A program made the position numbers and the translations under genes. A DNA stretch of 64,000 nt from Moniliella sp. 'wahieum'. Lineage: Eukaryota. Under the pieces are notes generated by a model. The model worked only from the letters and a program-made list of their open reading frames with translations. It did no database searches and was not told where the DNA came from. Shown piece by piece: positions 12,409 through 26,714 of this stretch (positions within the stretch are counted from its first letter, which is position 1; each line of letters opens with the position of its first letter). The stretch lies in contig RSEE01000058.1 in the NCBI GenBank assembly GCA_003971905.1, forward strand, positions 124,001 through 188,000, written 5' to 3'.

Positions 12409-13134
12409 ATGGTTGCCACCTCCCACTCCGCCCCACACGCCCTTCCCTCCGGCCGCCTCACCCACCCCACCTCTGCCTCCGCCTCCGCCTCTGCCTCCAG
12501 CTCCTCGGCTCGTGTGCGCAGCTCCACCACCACCGCCGCCTCCGTGCCCCTTCTGGCACCTGTCCCCCGTCGGGCCTCCTTCATCCACCGCCCCAAGCTC
12601 ATGCGTTCCCATGCCGTCTCCGCCGCCTCCAGGCCCACCACCCCGTGCACCCAACTGGCTGCCTCGCTCCAGAATGTGAGCTTGCACGCCCCCCTCCCGG
12701 CTCCACCGGTCGTACGCCCATCGGCGCCCCTTCGCCCACTGCCCCCCCGCCGCCGTCGTTGGAATCCGCTTCGCTTCCTTCGTTTGTGATTGACTGCGAT
12801 GCCCACGGATCTAGCCCCACCCCGGACGCCGAGTCATCGTTCCAGCCCTGTGGTCTGCCTGTCCCCTACCTGCCTTCACCCATCCCAACTCCCGCTCTCC
12901 CGTTCTTTCCCCCCCGCTCATACCTACCTGTACCATCAGCGCTTGTCTACCCCCACTGCCACGCCCCCTGCCAAGGACGCTCCTCCCCGCTCCCCCATTC
13001 CTCGCTCCTGCACACGAAACCCATTGGCAGCAGCCTTTTCCGCTCCACGGTCCACCACGCCTGTTCCTGGCCAAGTACTGGGCTTGGAACTGGGCTGCCC
13101 TGCCCCCTGGGCCCACCTCGACGTACGTGCTTGA
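12409..13134 (+). CDS. Hypothetical Pro/Ser/Ala-rich protein (frameshifted)
   Basis: GCCATGG start, GC-rich coding-like stretch carried over three overlapping ORFs (12178-12789, 12645-13469, 12790-13134). No recognisable domain. Confidence 0.4.
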
Positions 13135-14112
13135 TGGTCTTCCCCGCACATACAGAAGCGATCCCAAGCCCTGGGCCGGGCCATCCTGCTCCTTGCCACG
13201 TACAAACGACGGGAGGACACAAGACACAAGGACCATTCTCCTTATCCTCCTTTTTGCCCGTTCGTTTTCGTTCCGTCGGGGCATCTACCCCTGCTTTTTG
13301 TTTACGACTTCCTCTATTCCCTTCCCCCCCCCTCCCCTTCACCTATGTGACCACGAGCCACCCGCTGTCTGTACAACTGTTTTTTTGCCTTGGTAGTGGC
13401 CTTGACGTGGCCCTTCCTGCTGTACAACTCATACCATGCGTGCCCTATCCGGCTCAATGCTTTTCCTAGCCTCCTTTCGGCTCTCAGTGTGCATAGATGA
13501 CATCGACCTAGGATTGATTGGCTAACGAGGGCAGGGGAGGGGGAGAGTGCCACGCACATGTCCGTTATGGCGACCAACAGGCACGAGTGGTAGGTATGAC
13601 AGGCGGTGACCGGTGAGGCCCTAATGAGAGAAAGGAAAGAGGGCGAGGATTATTTGGGAGAATGATGCATTTCTGAATCGATTCGTGTACAATTAGGTAG
13701 AGGGAGTTCCTGGCTGTGCCTATCAACTTGGTGCATTGGCTGGAGGGACGAGCGCGGCTGGTGCAGCTGATGAAATGAGGAAGTCCCTTTGAGCAGGGTG
13801 AGAACCGCACGGTCCCAAGAAACGAGGAGAGTGCGACAGGTCGTGCTGATTGCCGTGCGGAAGCAGTCGGCAGCGACAGAGCGGCCGTCGTAAAAAACAT
13901 GACAGGGGGACGGGAGGACACCCAATGTGATGAACCTTTCAAAGCCAAAGCGGGGTCACCGGTCACGTGCCAACGCATTATGCATCATGCATCGTGCATC
14001 ATGATCCATGAGCATGAGCGGAAGTCGGGCTTCGGCGGGGTTCCGCCGATTTTCCATTTTAGATCGCCGAGCGTGGACGCGACGACCGAGTCGCGACCCA
14101 TCCCCACCACCA

Positions 14113-14153
14113 CCACTCCCGCCACTCCCGCCACTCCCGCCACTCCCGCCACT
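14113..14153. repeat. 9-bp tandem repeat (CCACTCCCG)4.5 just upstream of the U2AF start
   Basis: Directly visible in the sequence. Confidence 0.85.
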
Positions 14154-14185
14154 GCCAACCACTCTTGTCGCTGTTGTTTGTCGTC

Positions 14186-15211
14186 ATGGCTACCTACCTC
14201 GCCAGCATCTACGGCACGGAGCAGGACCGCGCCAACTGCTCTTTCCACCAGAAGATCGTGCTTGCCGCCATGGGGCGCGGTGTGGGCGCAAACACATTCG
14301 TCCGCTCTTTAGCCCTACGGTGCTCATCTCCAACGCATACCGCAACCCGCGTTACGCCACCACCTTTCCCCAGGGCGGCCCGGCGAGTGGCAAAGACCTT
14401 CAGGAACGCTTCGACCAGTTCTATGCCGATTGGTATGTTGAGCTCTCCAAGTACGGACGCTTACTCGAGCTACACGTTTGCGACAATGTCGAGGACCATC
14501 TGTTGGGCAATTTGTATGCCCGTTTTGAGTGGGAAGACGAGGCGCAGCACGCTTTGGAGGCCATCAATGGTCGCTGGTACGATGGTACGTTCTATGCTTC
14601 AGACTCTTTTTTGTGTCCTGTGGTTTCTGTTGTGTTGTGTTCTGGTTCAGGGGTGGGAGAGCAACAGGTACTAACCGATTTTTTGCTTTGGTCGGTCTAG
14701 GTCGTCCCATCTTTGCCGAACTGTCTCCGGTAACTGACTTTCGCGAGGCGTGTTGTCGGTCGTACGAGATGGGCAACTGCTCGCGCGCTCGCCAGTGCAA
14801 CTTTCTTCACTTGATGCGCCCTTCGGCGGGGGTGGAACGGACGCTGCGAATGGAAGCGGCGCGCGCAAGAGGCGTACGAGCGACAGAAGGACGATGCGCG
14901 GTTGGACCAGGCGTTGCGCACAGCTGCGTCGCCGTCGCCTCGCAAGCACGAGCAAGACACTTCTTCCGCCACAGCATCGGCTCCACTCGGATGGAAAGAA
15001 CGGATCGAACGCTTGTCTGGCCCACGGCAAGCGAAGAACCGGACCAGCCGTTTGCCCCGTTACCCCAAGACGCACTGTGGCGCCAAGGTCCTTCTGGCGG
15101 CGACTGGCGCCGCCCGTGTCCGCGTCCGCGCTGTCAGCGCCTACACCTGCGCCTGCGCCTGCGCCTTCTTCTGCCTCTCCACTGCCGCTGCCCCCGTTGC
15201 TGCGTCGGTAG
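14186..15211 (+). CDS. U2AF1: Splicing factor U2AF small subunit (U2AF1/U2AF23)
   Basis: MATYLASIYGTEQDRANCSF..KI(G)ACRHGARC..KH zinc finger 1; UHM with VCDNVEDHLLGNLYARF; intron 14585-14700; AELSPVTDFREACCR.YE..C...CNFLH zinc finger 2. One-base deletion near 14257; 3' end uncertain. Confidence 0.93.
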
Positions 15212-16237
15212 CATGATGCGTTGGTTGTTGACATTGGATTGGAATTGAATCGTGGCGAGAGAGGCTGCTTGGAATGTGGGGGGAGTTAACGATGAGGGAA
15301 AGCAAGGGCGCAGCAGGAGGAGGTTCAGGTGCAGGACGTAGTAGAACAGTTGGTGGAACGACTGGTGGAATAGCTGTCCGATAGCGTTTTGAGAAGCGGT
15401 CTTGGTATTCCTTGGTTAGACCTCAGTCGGACTGGTTCCCATAGTCTACCGGTTGTGCATGTATTGCACGACTGCTGCTCCCATCGGATGACCCCTCCGT
15501 CACTGGGTTTCCTTGGATCCTGAAGAATGGAATGGGATGGGCCGGTTCCGTCTGATATGATTAGATTTCGACATGTATGCCCTCAGGTTCTCTTCCCTAG
15601 TCTTGAATGAGAGGGGAAGGAGAGGGAGGGCAGCGCTGAGGCCGCGCTGAGGCGAACATGAAGTTCTTGTTCGTCGATGAGAGCGTTGGGCTCCCGTCAG
15701 CTGCCTTCGCGGACCACACAATCTGAGTCGTGTGGCTTTTTTCGCATACTCAGCTGGGTTGCCTTTCTTGACTTAATTGTCTTCGCTCTTGGTCGAGTTC
15801 AGAGCCGGCCGAGGGGGAGGGGGACCTAGCCAAGTTTGATGGGCTTCTTATCCTCTCGCTTTATCCTGAGATGGACTGGCAGAAACGTCCACAGGAGGAG
15901 CTATAGGTCTGTCCCTTGCGACTTCTACAATCGTTTCTCGGCCCGCTCTCCCGCTTCCCAAAACCACCACCCCAAAGATGTGTCTCGAAAACGTGTAGAA
16001 TCTGCACTAGGATTATGATTAAACACTAGATGATTAAAAACTACAATTGACAAAGCGACAAAGCTTCTCTATACAGGATCTACTGTTGCGGACATACAGG
16101 TAGATGCATATCGAAGGGAGAGAAACGAAACTGTGCGATATACAATCGTAAGACGTCCCACCGCTTTGGCGGGGGGGGGTGCAACAAACAAAGCACCTAG
16201 CCTCACAGCCACACAGAGGGCGCCAGTAAGAATCCGC

Positions 16238-18186
<1,949 letters not shown>

Positions 18187-18875
18187 GAGGGAGAAAAGAC
18201 GAGGAGGGTGGGGGGAAAGAGAGCAGCGGGAAAGAGGCGAGAGGATAGGCTTTAAAAGCAGGCTGGGTCCGTCCGTTCACATGGCGCCTGAGGTCGGTTG
18301 ACTGGCGCAGTTCGACACGTGTGGCTGAGCCTAGTTGCCTGAGCGCCGAGACCCACAGCGTACGGTCCTGGGCCACCGGCCACCCTCGGCGCACACATGG
18401 CAGAAGCCGAGGGAGGAGGGGGAGGGTACAGTGCTCCGGACTCAGCCAGTCTGCCCCACAGCCACATGCTCCGCTGCCCCCGTGCGGTACACGCCTGCCG
18501 CCTGGCCGCCTGGTATAACCTCTGCCCCGTTGGAGGGGCCCGTGCACGCTCCGTCGCCCCACCCCACTGCGCAACACTGGCGCTGCGCCCGTGTGTATTT
18601 CTACTGCTTTACCCGCACTGCGGCCACCCACGTCAGGCGGACGTACGCGGCGTACGGCGTAAGGCTACCCGCTAACCCCGGCAGGCGCTGACCAACGCTG
18701 ACCAATCCGCCCGCCCACGTCAGCGTCACCCCACCTTAACCCCGCTGCGCCTCTTGCACCGGTCTGTCACGTGCCGGCGCTTGCACCGATCCCATCACGT
18801 GCTGCCAGTTGCACCGATACGCCCCTCCCCTCTCTCGCTGCCTTGACCTTCGCCCTTCGCTCCCCCGCGCCACCG

Positions 18876-20496
18876 ATGGGCACAAGCGAGGCGCACGTGT
18901 ACCGCGACGTGTGCGCGCGCTGCGGGCGGCGGCCCACTGGCGCCCCGAACACGCCAAGTCGCTCGCCCGCCTCTTCCGCACCCACTTCCGCGCCCACCTC
19001 CACCAGCACCCCGCCCTCCCCCCCCGCCTGGCACCACACCCCTCCTCTTATCGCCAGCGCCCCCACAGCCCGCGCGCCTCCGCGCCGACATGGACGCCTG
19101 GCGCGCCGTCGCCCAGCCGCTCCTCGCCGCCGCGCCGACGCCATCGTCGCACGCGGCAAGTCCCAGTCCCAGCTCGCTGCCGTGCGCGACGCCCAGGCCG
19201 CCCGCGCCGCGTCGCTCGCCTCCCAGGGCCAGCTCGAGCTGCAGGAAACAGGCCAAGAGGCTCTTCGCCCAGGCCCAGCGCAAGGCCGGCGCTGCGGCCC
19301 TCGTCCAGATGGGCGTGCGCGATGCTGCGCGCGCCCCCTCCCGGGCGAGGTGGACAAACTGGTGCAACGCGCCATCCAACTCAATGACCGTGCCAGTGGT
19401 TTGGCCCGCTCCGCCAACCTGCGCACCCGCAAGAGCGTGCGCGTGCGCTGCGCTTGGCCCAGGCGCGCTTGGGCAACTCGGACCCTGTTCCGTCCGAGCA
19501 GATGGTGGGATTGGCGTCCTATGCCAGCGCCAAGCAGCCGCCCCCGACCTGCCGGCCAACATGGACATGGACGTGGACGCGGATGCTACGCCGCCCCCGG
19601 CGCCCGGGGTCAAAACGCTGGCTCACCAGGTCGTCGAGACCCTGTCGGCCCTTACGTACCGTTACCTATCGCAGACCACGCTCTTGTCCCGAAGCGAGGC
19701 GGCGGGACGGACTTGACGCAAGTTCCGTCTTTCGGTCGCACCACCTTGGCGTGATGAAAGAAGACCGCGCCTTGCTTGGCGATGGGGAGGGGGATGATAT
19801 GGAAACGTTCATTTCAGACGAGATGGCGTGGACGAAACGATGCGACAACACTTACCGATGTTGGTGGTACCGGCACGTATGTACGTGGGTCCTGCGCGGG
19901 ACTCGCGTGCTATTCCCACCGCACGGGGACCTCGACCGATTCGGACGTGGGACGGGCAAAAGTGAGGGCACCCGCTCCGTTGCCTTCGCCGCGACAAACT
20001 GGCTCAAGAGCGTGCCAAAGTCGACCGGGTGGCGCGCACGTTGGCCCAACGTGCCTTTTTGTTCCGCGAAGCCAAACCATATCGTCAAAGCGCGGGCGAA
20101 GTGGAGCGTGGCCTCCACGAAACGGCCTCCGGACTAGCATGGGACGACAGAGGTCCGTTGAGTGGGAACGACCTCAATTGGACTGGCGCGCGCTCGGGTG
20201 GGATGCCGCACGTCGGACACAAGAAGAAAACCAAGATTCGTTCAGAGCTCTTGGCCTTATCCCCGATCCGCCTCCAACACGAACGTGACCAGTTGGAAAA
20301 CGAGTATCATCAAGTGCGTCGGGTCCATAGCCGACTCGTTGGCTCGTTCCAAGGCAGGTCCTTCCTCGCTGCGGTTACCAGGAGCCCAAATCGGCCTTGC
20401 TCGGCTTGCTGCGCGATGAGCGGGAGAGGGAATGGGCTGGTGTTGGGCTCCGAGCGGTTTGCGCGTGTGTTTGCCGACCAACCGGTGGAGCCTTAG
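18876..20496 (+). CDS. Hypothetical protein, possibly prenyltransferase alpha-repeat (PTAR1/Ecm9-like)
   Basis: GC-rich coding-like region broken over several frames. Segments such as LRTRKS..CAW.RR and FISDEMAWTKRCDNTYRCWWYRH loosely resemble PPTA repeats; weak. Confidence 0.3.
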
Positions 20497-20668
20497 CGCT
20501 TCAGCGGCCAAGGGGGTAGGTATATAATAGGCCCGCCAAAATGTACTTACCCGCCGTTCTTCTATGTTTGGCCGACACCAACTCCCTCCCCCCCTCCCCC
20601 AACTCCAAACTCTATATTCATATCCATCGACCATTTGTCCTACACACCCTTACCAGACCCAGATACAA

Positions 20669-22873
20669 TTACAGGCACAGCGTGGCCCTGCCCGGCCTCT
20701 TCCTTACTCTTTGGTTGGAGCGGAACGCCAACAAGCACTCGAGCTCCGATACGGGACACGCCAATTAACAAAGTCGTGGTGCAGCATTGTTGGGCCGTAG
20801 CGCGGAACTTAACATTGACACAGAGGCAGACGGTCAAAAAACTTTTCAGTTCGTGCGACCAGGCTTCCGGGCTTGAGGGTCGGAGTGCCATTGGTAGCAA
20901 TCAAGTAGAGCGCCTTGAGCGGTTCTTCGTCCAAGTACGGCGGTTTCCGATTCCAGCAGTTCGATCAGCAGAATGCCCAAACTCCATATGTCCACTTTTT
21001 CCCATACTCCTCTTGCTTGACCACCTCGGGCGCCATCCAGTATGGCGTGCCGACCAACGTGGCCCGCTTGGATCGTTGGTCGGTCAGTTGGGCACAGAAC
21101 CCAAAGTCGGTGATTTTGACGTGGCCCCGATTGAGGAGGATGTTGTCGGACTTGATGTCGCGGTGGTGGATGATGGAGTGGGCATGGAGGTGCTGCAATC
21201 CTTTGCACGTCTCGCCCAAGATGGCGGCGATCTGGGGCTGTGAGGGTATTGTGATCAATCACTTCGGTCAAGGCCACCTTCCATGTACTCCATAATCACC
21301 CACACCTCCGTCTCCTTTTTGACCAAGAACGAACCGAGGAAATTGACCAGGTTCGGGTGCTGGGTCTGCTGCAGAACCAGAATCTCATTGACAAGCAACT
21401 TTTCGCGGCTGATGCGCCAACTCCATCGTCTTGATTGCTACCCGTTCCCCCGTAGCCAACCTCCTGCCACATACACCGACCCACTCGCTCCTTGCCCCAC
21501 CTTTTTGATCTTGGAATACAGCGTCGCAGGGTCTTGCCCCGACACGACCGTCCGCAGCTTAGCAACTAGTTGCGCGTCCGTCATGATATTCCTCCGCTTC
21601 TCCCTGGCCTGCCCGCTTCTTTCCCAGACCTGCCGCCGCACGCGGCTGGGGCGAAGCTGGGGCGGCAAGCTTGGGAGACGGAGCCGGACGGGGATGGGAG
21701 TGGGGATCAGGATGGGGGGGATGGGGATGAGCTTGAGGTTGTGGTTGTGGTTGAGGCTTGGACCGAGAGGGCGCCCCCCTAGCCAGCGCATATGTCGACG
21801 CAGACCCAGACCCAGACACAGACGTAGATGTAGACGCAGACGCAGATGAAGATGCAGATGCCGACCTTGCCGCTGGCGCGGCTTGCGTCCGGACGAAAGG
21901 GAAGCAGCGGCCTTGTTAGCCAACTGCGCATCCTGGGTCGTGCCCCTCGCGAACCAATGACGGGAGACGGCGTCCTGTTTATGGACCGGGGGTTGAGGGG
22001 CAGGACGTAGTCCCTGGGTAGGCACGGCTTGAAGGGCGTCTGGGCCGCTGGGCTTTCGTACCGGAGCGCGTGCCTATAGCCACGGTGCTAGTGGCTGCGG
22101 GTCGGGTTGTTTGGGGCACCACGACACGGGGGTTGGGGGAGGCAGGAGCGATGGGATGGCCCAAGCGCGTGTTGGTCGCGGGTTGAAGGCGAGTGTAAAA
22201 CTCGAGCACGTCCAAGACGGCCTGGGGGTTTTTGACATAATCTTCCTTGGTGATGGCCGAGGTGGTGAGCAGCCGGGTCCATTGTTCGGCAGGCCAGTGA
22301 ATCCGCCTGTGACCGGATCAAAGCCGACGTGCACTTGGTGCTGGAACCCCGTTGGCGCCGACACGCCCAGCTTGGGCGCCCGACTGTAAATCTCGTCCAT
22401 CCAACTGTACAGTTCGAAATCGGATTTGAATTGGACCCAGTACGATTTGCCCTTGGCCTCGAGCGAGGCAGTAGGGCTTGACATCGGACCGCGCCACCGA
22501 GGTTAGGTCTTGCAAAAACAACACAGCCACGGTTGGTATGTCGTTCGTCTTGTGCAGCGTCAACGTCTGTTCCCGCAGCGCCATCCACCGCTTGCTCCAC
22601 ATCCACGACCGCAGCCCGTCCTCCTTGACGGACACGTACCCGGACCGCACCACGGCGGTCGCGTCGAGCGCGGCCGAGGCGGCGGCAGAGCTCAGTCCAT
22701 ACGCACCGATGCCGGCGGGGGGTGCCGGCAATGGGCCGCAGCGGGCCCGTGAAGGGCAGACGGACTGGAGGCTTTTTGACGACGGATGAACCGGCGGCGC
22801 TGGGAGCGGGGGGCGGGGCGGGAGGAGTGAGGGAGCGGGCGAAGGGGTCGGGGGGCGTCGCAACGTAGCTCAT
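20669..22873 (-). CDS. CLA4: PAK-family Ser/Thr kinase with PH and CRIB domains (Cla4/Skm1)
   Basis: PH domain [51 protein letters not shown]; kinase [52 protein letters not shown]. Frameshifted. Confidence 0.93.
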
Positions 22874-23185
22874 ACCGTCGAGGGAGACCACCAAGGGGGG
22901 GGGGGGGGGCAGGACGATCTATACGAGGGCTTTCACAGCAGACGGAATAGTGTTTGTCGCGATATATAGCCAGAATCCAAAATGCGTCCAAAATTCCCTC
23001 GGCCATCCCACGACGCGTTTTTTACGCGTCACGCCATCACCCCCCATCAGCCATCTGCCCCGCCGCGCCGATTCCTTGCAACCTCTCTGACCATGCCACA
23101 CCGCCCCATACCACACCCGCACCGCCCGGTTGCACCCATCGCACTTGGCTGCCCTGCTGATCGACCTGATCAGCGGTGCGATCCG

Positions 23186-23823
23186 GTACTACTTGCTGCG
23201 TGCGAGTGGTGCGATGGCCAGGACAGACCCCTTGCCCTCGGGCCTAACCTAACCCCCCCCACGCACACGCTGCCTGCGCCACGCCTGCCACCGCACGCAG
23301 CATCCGTAGGGCCAAACGCCTGTCACACGCCCGTCCTCGCCACCACTCCTCCGCACGGCACTGCACACACGACGCCCATGTCAGCTCCGCCCGGACTGCA
23401 CACACACACATAGTCCTAGTCGCACGCGTTTCTCAGATCTCAGATCTCACGCTGCTCTAGCGCGTCCACACCATCCACAACACGCAACACCAAAATCAAA
23501 TCCGATCCAGCCACGTGTCCTCCTGCGACTCGTGGACCCTCCCTCCGGCCGGCGAACGTGATGTGGATTTTCTCGTCACGGAACCGGCTCAGGCCCAGGC
23601 CCAGGATGGCTTGGCGCTTCGGCCGCTCCAGGCCCGAAACGGGGCGGAGGACGGACGGGAGTGGGATGCTGTGCCTGCGTGTCGGACGCGGTCGTGGCCA
23701 TCGATCATCGCGACCTGGGCCTCGTGGCTGGTCTGGATCGACGGGACGCGGCGCGGAGGTGCTGGGGGTGGCGCCAGCGGGGTGCGAGGATGGCGGAGAA
23801 GCAGGATCGAATGGTGAGCTCAA
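23186..23823 (-). pseudogene. LSM7: Degenerate Lsm7-like sequence
   Basis: ERPKRQAILGLGLSRFRDEKIHITFAGRRE matches the Lsm7 N-terminus (ERPKKExILDLxKxxDKxIxVKFxGGRE). Degenerate Sm1 GHVAGSDLILVL. Out-of-frame downstream pieces EDGRVTG, RLG..ARG and SVLAIAP resemble the Sm2 region. Confidence 0.55.
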
Positions 23824-24081
23824 CGTTCAACGTAGCCAGCCAGACGAGGTTGCAGGTGGCAGCGGGGGGGATTCCGCCCCAGCGCGGAACATGGGGTTGA
23901 ACATTGCAAGCGGGCGGGCGCCTGGCCCTGCGTCGCTCGCCCCACACTGGCCAGCGGCTTGGGCGCGGACCCAGGCAGCTCGTCGTCTGCCTCGGCTTTG
24001 GCCGTCGTCGTCGTCGTCGTCGTTGCCGCCGCCGCCGCCGCCGCTGCTGTCGCCGTGCTTGGGCCCGGCGAGGCCGACTCC

Positions 24082-26055
24082 ATGGCCCGCACCCCGCCTC
24101 GCGCCCTCGACCCGTCCGCCATGGCGTCCCTGCGCCGCTCGAACGGCGGGGGGTCGCTGCGCCGCAACCACCTCAGCCCCAGTCTGAGCCCCAGCCCAGC
24201 CCCAGCCCCAGCCCAGCCCAGCCCCGCCCCCAGTCCCCTCTCCCCTCCACGCCCCGCTCCTCCACCCGCATGCGCCGCCCTGGACGCCCACGCGTGCCCG
24301 CCACACCGCCCAGAGGGGGCATCGCCTTCTCCTCCCTCGACCGCCGCCATCCCAGCAGCCCCACGTCAAGCCGCCGCCTCCGTTGCGCCCAGCGTCACCA
24401 GTGACAGCTGGCGTGCTCGGTCCGCGCCGTCCCCTGCGCCTCCCGCCCAGCTCCCGCGCCCCTCTGCATCTGCTTCGCTGCGCATGCCCATGCCTGCTCC
24501 GCCTTCCTCTTCCCCCTCGGTTGGCATGTCCGGGCGCCGGCCGAGGCCGAGCCCACGTGCTAATTCCCGCCCTGCGCCTGCGCTTCCGCTACGGCGCACC
24601 ATCCTGCCCCGCCTGGTACTCTTCCCAACGGCGCCGCTCCCTCGCCCGACCCACTCGCCTCGTTCCTCGCGCTGGATTGTGAAATGGTAGGTGTGGGGCC
24701 GGAGACGAGTGCCTTGGCCCGGGTCAGTCTGGTGGACACACGGGGGAAGGTGGTGTACGATAGCTTTGTCCAGCCGCCGGGCGGGTACAGGGTGGTGACG
24801 GATTACCGTACGTGGGTGTCGGGAGTGACCGAGGCCGACTTGCAGGCGGCGCCGCTGTTTGAACAGGCTCAAGCGACGGTTGCTGCGCTGATCCAGGATC
24901 GGGTGGTGGTGGGGCATGCACTGTACAATGATTTTGCGGCGCTGCGCTTGCCGCATCCATCGCACCTGACCAGGGACACGGCATGCAACCTGTGGCTGCG
25001 ACTGTTGGGCCAGATGGACACGTTTCAGCGCTTTACGCCCCCGCCGCCGCGCCCAGGCCAAGGCAGGAGCGAACCATTGCACGACCCCAAACCGACGGTA
25101 GCTCAGCCCCCTACCCACCCTTTGGTCCTTGGTTGCCCTTCAGCCCAGCGTCGCTCAAGGTGTGGATCAAGACGGCGCACGGAAAGTGCCCGACAGTTAC
25201 CAAGCGATCCAGGTCCCGTCGCTCAAACGTCTGGCTCGCATCGTGCTTGGCAAAGCTGTCCAGACCGACGGATCCCACTCTTCCATTGACGACGCACGCG
25301 CTACCATGGACATTTTCTTAGCTACCCGCGGCCTCTGGGACGAAGACCCCACCCCTGCCAACGTCAAGTGGCACCTTGCTTGGTTCTACCCCACTCGTAC
25401 CGACTCTTCGGGCCCAGGTCCGGGCCCGGGCCCGGGCCTCTTCATCTTCCCCTTCGTCCGTCCCCGTTCCTACCCCCACTCCCGCTCCCGCCCCGCTCCC
25501 GTTCCCGCCTCCGTCCCCACCCCCGCTTCCGTTCCCGTTCCCGCCGCTGTCCCCACCGCCGCTTCCGCTTCCACACCCGTACCTGCACCCGTACCTGCAC
25601 CTGCACCCACCGCTCCCTCTCCATCGACGTCGGCACCGACAGGACCGGCCCGTACTCTACCCCAGAGTGCACCCATCACGCCCGATGCACGCCACACCCA
25701 GATCAAAGCGTGGGCAGCTCAACAAGCGCGCACGGTCCGTCAACGTTTCCCTCCCCGCAGTGCTGCCAAGTACAAGCATCGTCGGCGCAAGATTCACAAA
25801 GTGCTTGTGCTCGTGGACCGGGTGGCACAAACGTTGTTGTTGGAACTTGCCAACGCTACCGTCGACTCTACTGCGAATGCGAATGCGAATGCGAATGCGA
25901 ACGCGTCCTATGGCGGAGTGCATCAGGAGTGGCAAACGGTGGTGCGCATGTTTGAGGAAGTGGGCGGCTCGGCTTCCGGGTTGGTCCCCCACCTGGCCTT
26001 GACGTACCCCTTCCCCCTCGGAATTCTACCGTACCTTCCTCCTCTTCCGCGCTAG
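24082..26055 (+). CDS. REX4: DEDDh RNA exonuclease, Rex4-like
   Basis: FLALDCEMVGVG, LARVSLVD, VTDYRTWVSGV, VVGHALYNDF, RDTA, PSLKRLA, HSSIDDARATM. Low-complexity N- and C-terminal extensions; both ends uncertain. Confidence 0.8.
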
Positions 26056-26714
26056 CATCGTCTTCTTCCCGTACCATCGCTTCCCCTTCGGCCCAGCCTT
26101 CGGTTTCTGTCGCCGTCTCGGCTTCGGCTTCGGCTTCGGCTTCGGCTTCAGACCCCCTGCCCTCTGACTCTATGCCTTCCGAAGATGCTGCGCCTTCTGA
26201 TGCTGCTCCATCCGATGCTGCGTCGTCCGATGCTACACCTTCCGACCCCCTCTCTGTGCTGCTCTCGGACTTTCTTACCACCTCCGACACCCCTTCCAAT
26301 TTGCCCTGGCCTTCTTCGCAGCGGCGGAGAAGAGAGTCGATGCCTTGCTTGGCTTCCCCGTTCTCACCCCGCGCCTGCGCGAGAGACGACACACCCAATC
26401 GGTCCGGTGCATTGCACCGAGGGGCCGCTTCTGACTGCCGCGTCCCTTTGGTTGCCCTATGACGCCAATCCAGGTCGACCTGATACGCATGCACGACCGG
26501 CACCCTTTTTCGCCCCCATCCTCCCAGCTGGGGAGGTGGAACGAACGAGATAATTGCGTTCGTATCTATTTCATAACCTCACTCTCGGGGGGAAGAGCTA
26601 TCACATCGGATTCCAATCTTGGTCGGTAGTGCTCGTGCTAGGTAGGCTAGGCAGGCTAGGCAGGCAAAGTGGGCTAGAAACGCATGATACCAACCAGTAC
26701 CTCCTCCCATCGGC

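Noticed and set aside
15250..16000. Gene-free gap examined for snRNA, snoRNA or other ncRNA
   Set aside because: No recognisable conserved boxes or stems by eye.
23240..23260. CCTAACCTAACCC as telomeric repeat or telomerase RNA template
   Set aside because: Too short and imperfect; lies within the Lsm7-like relic.
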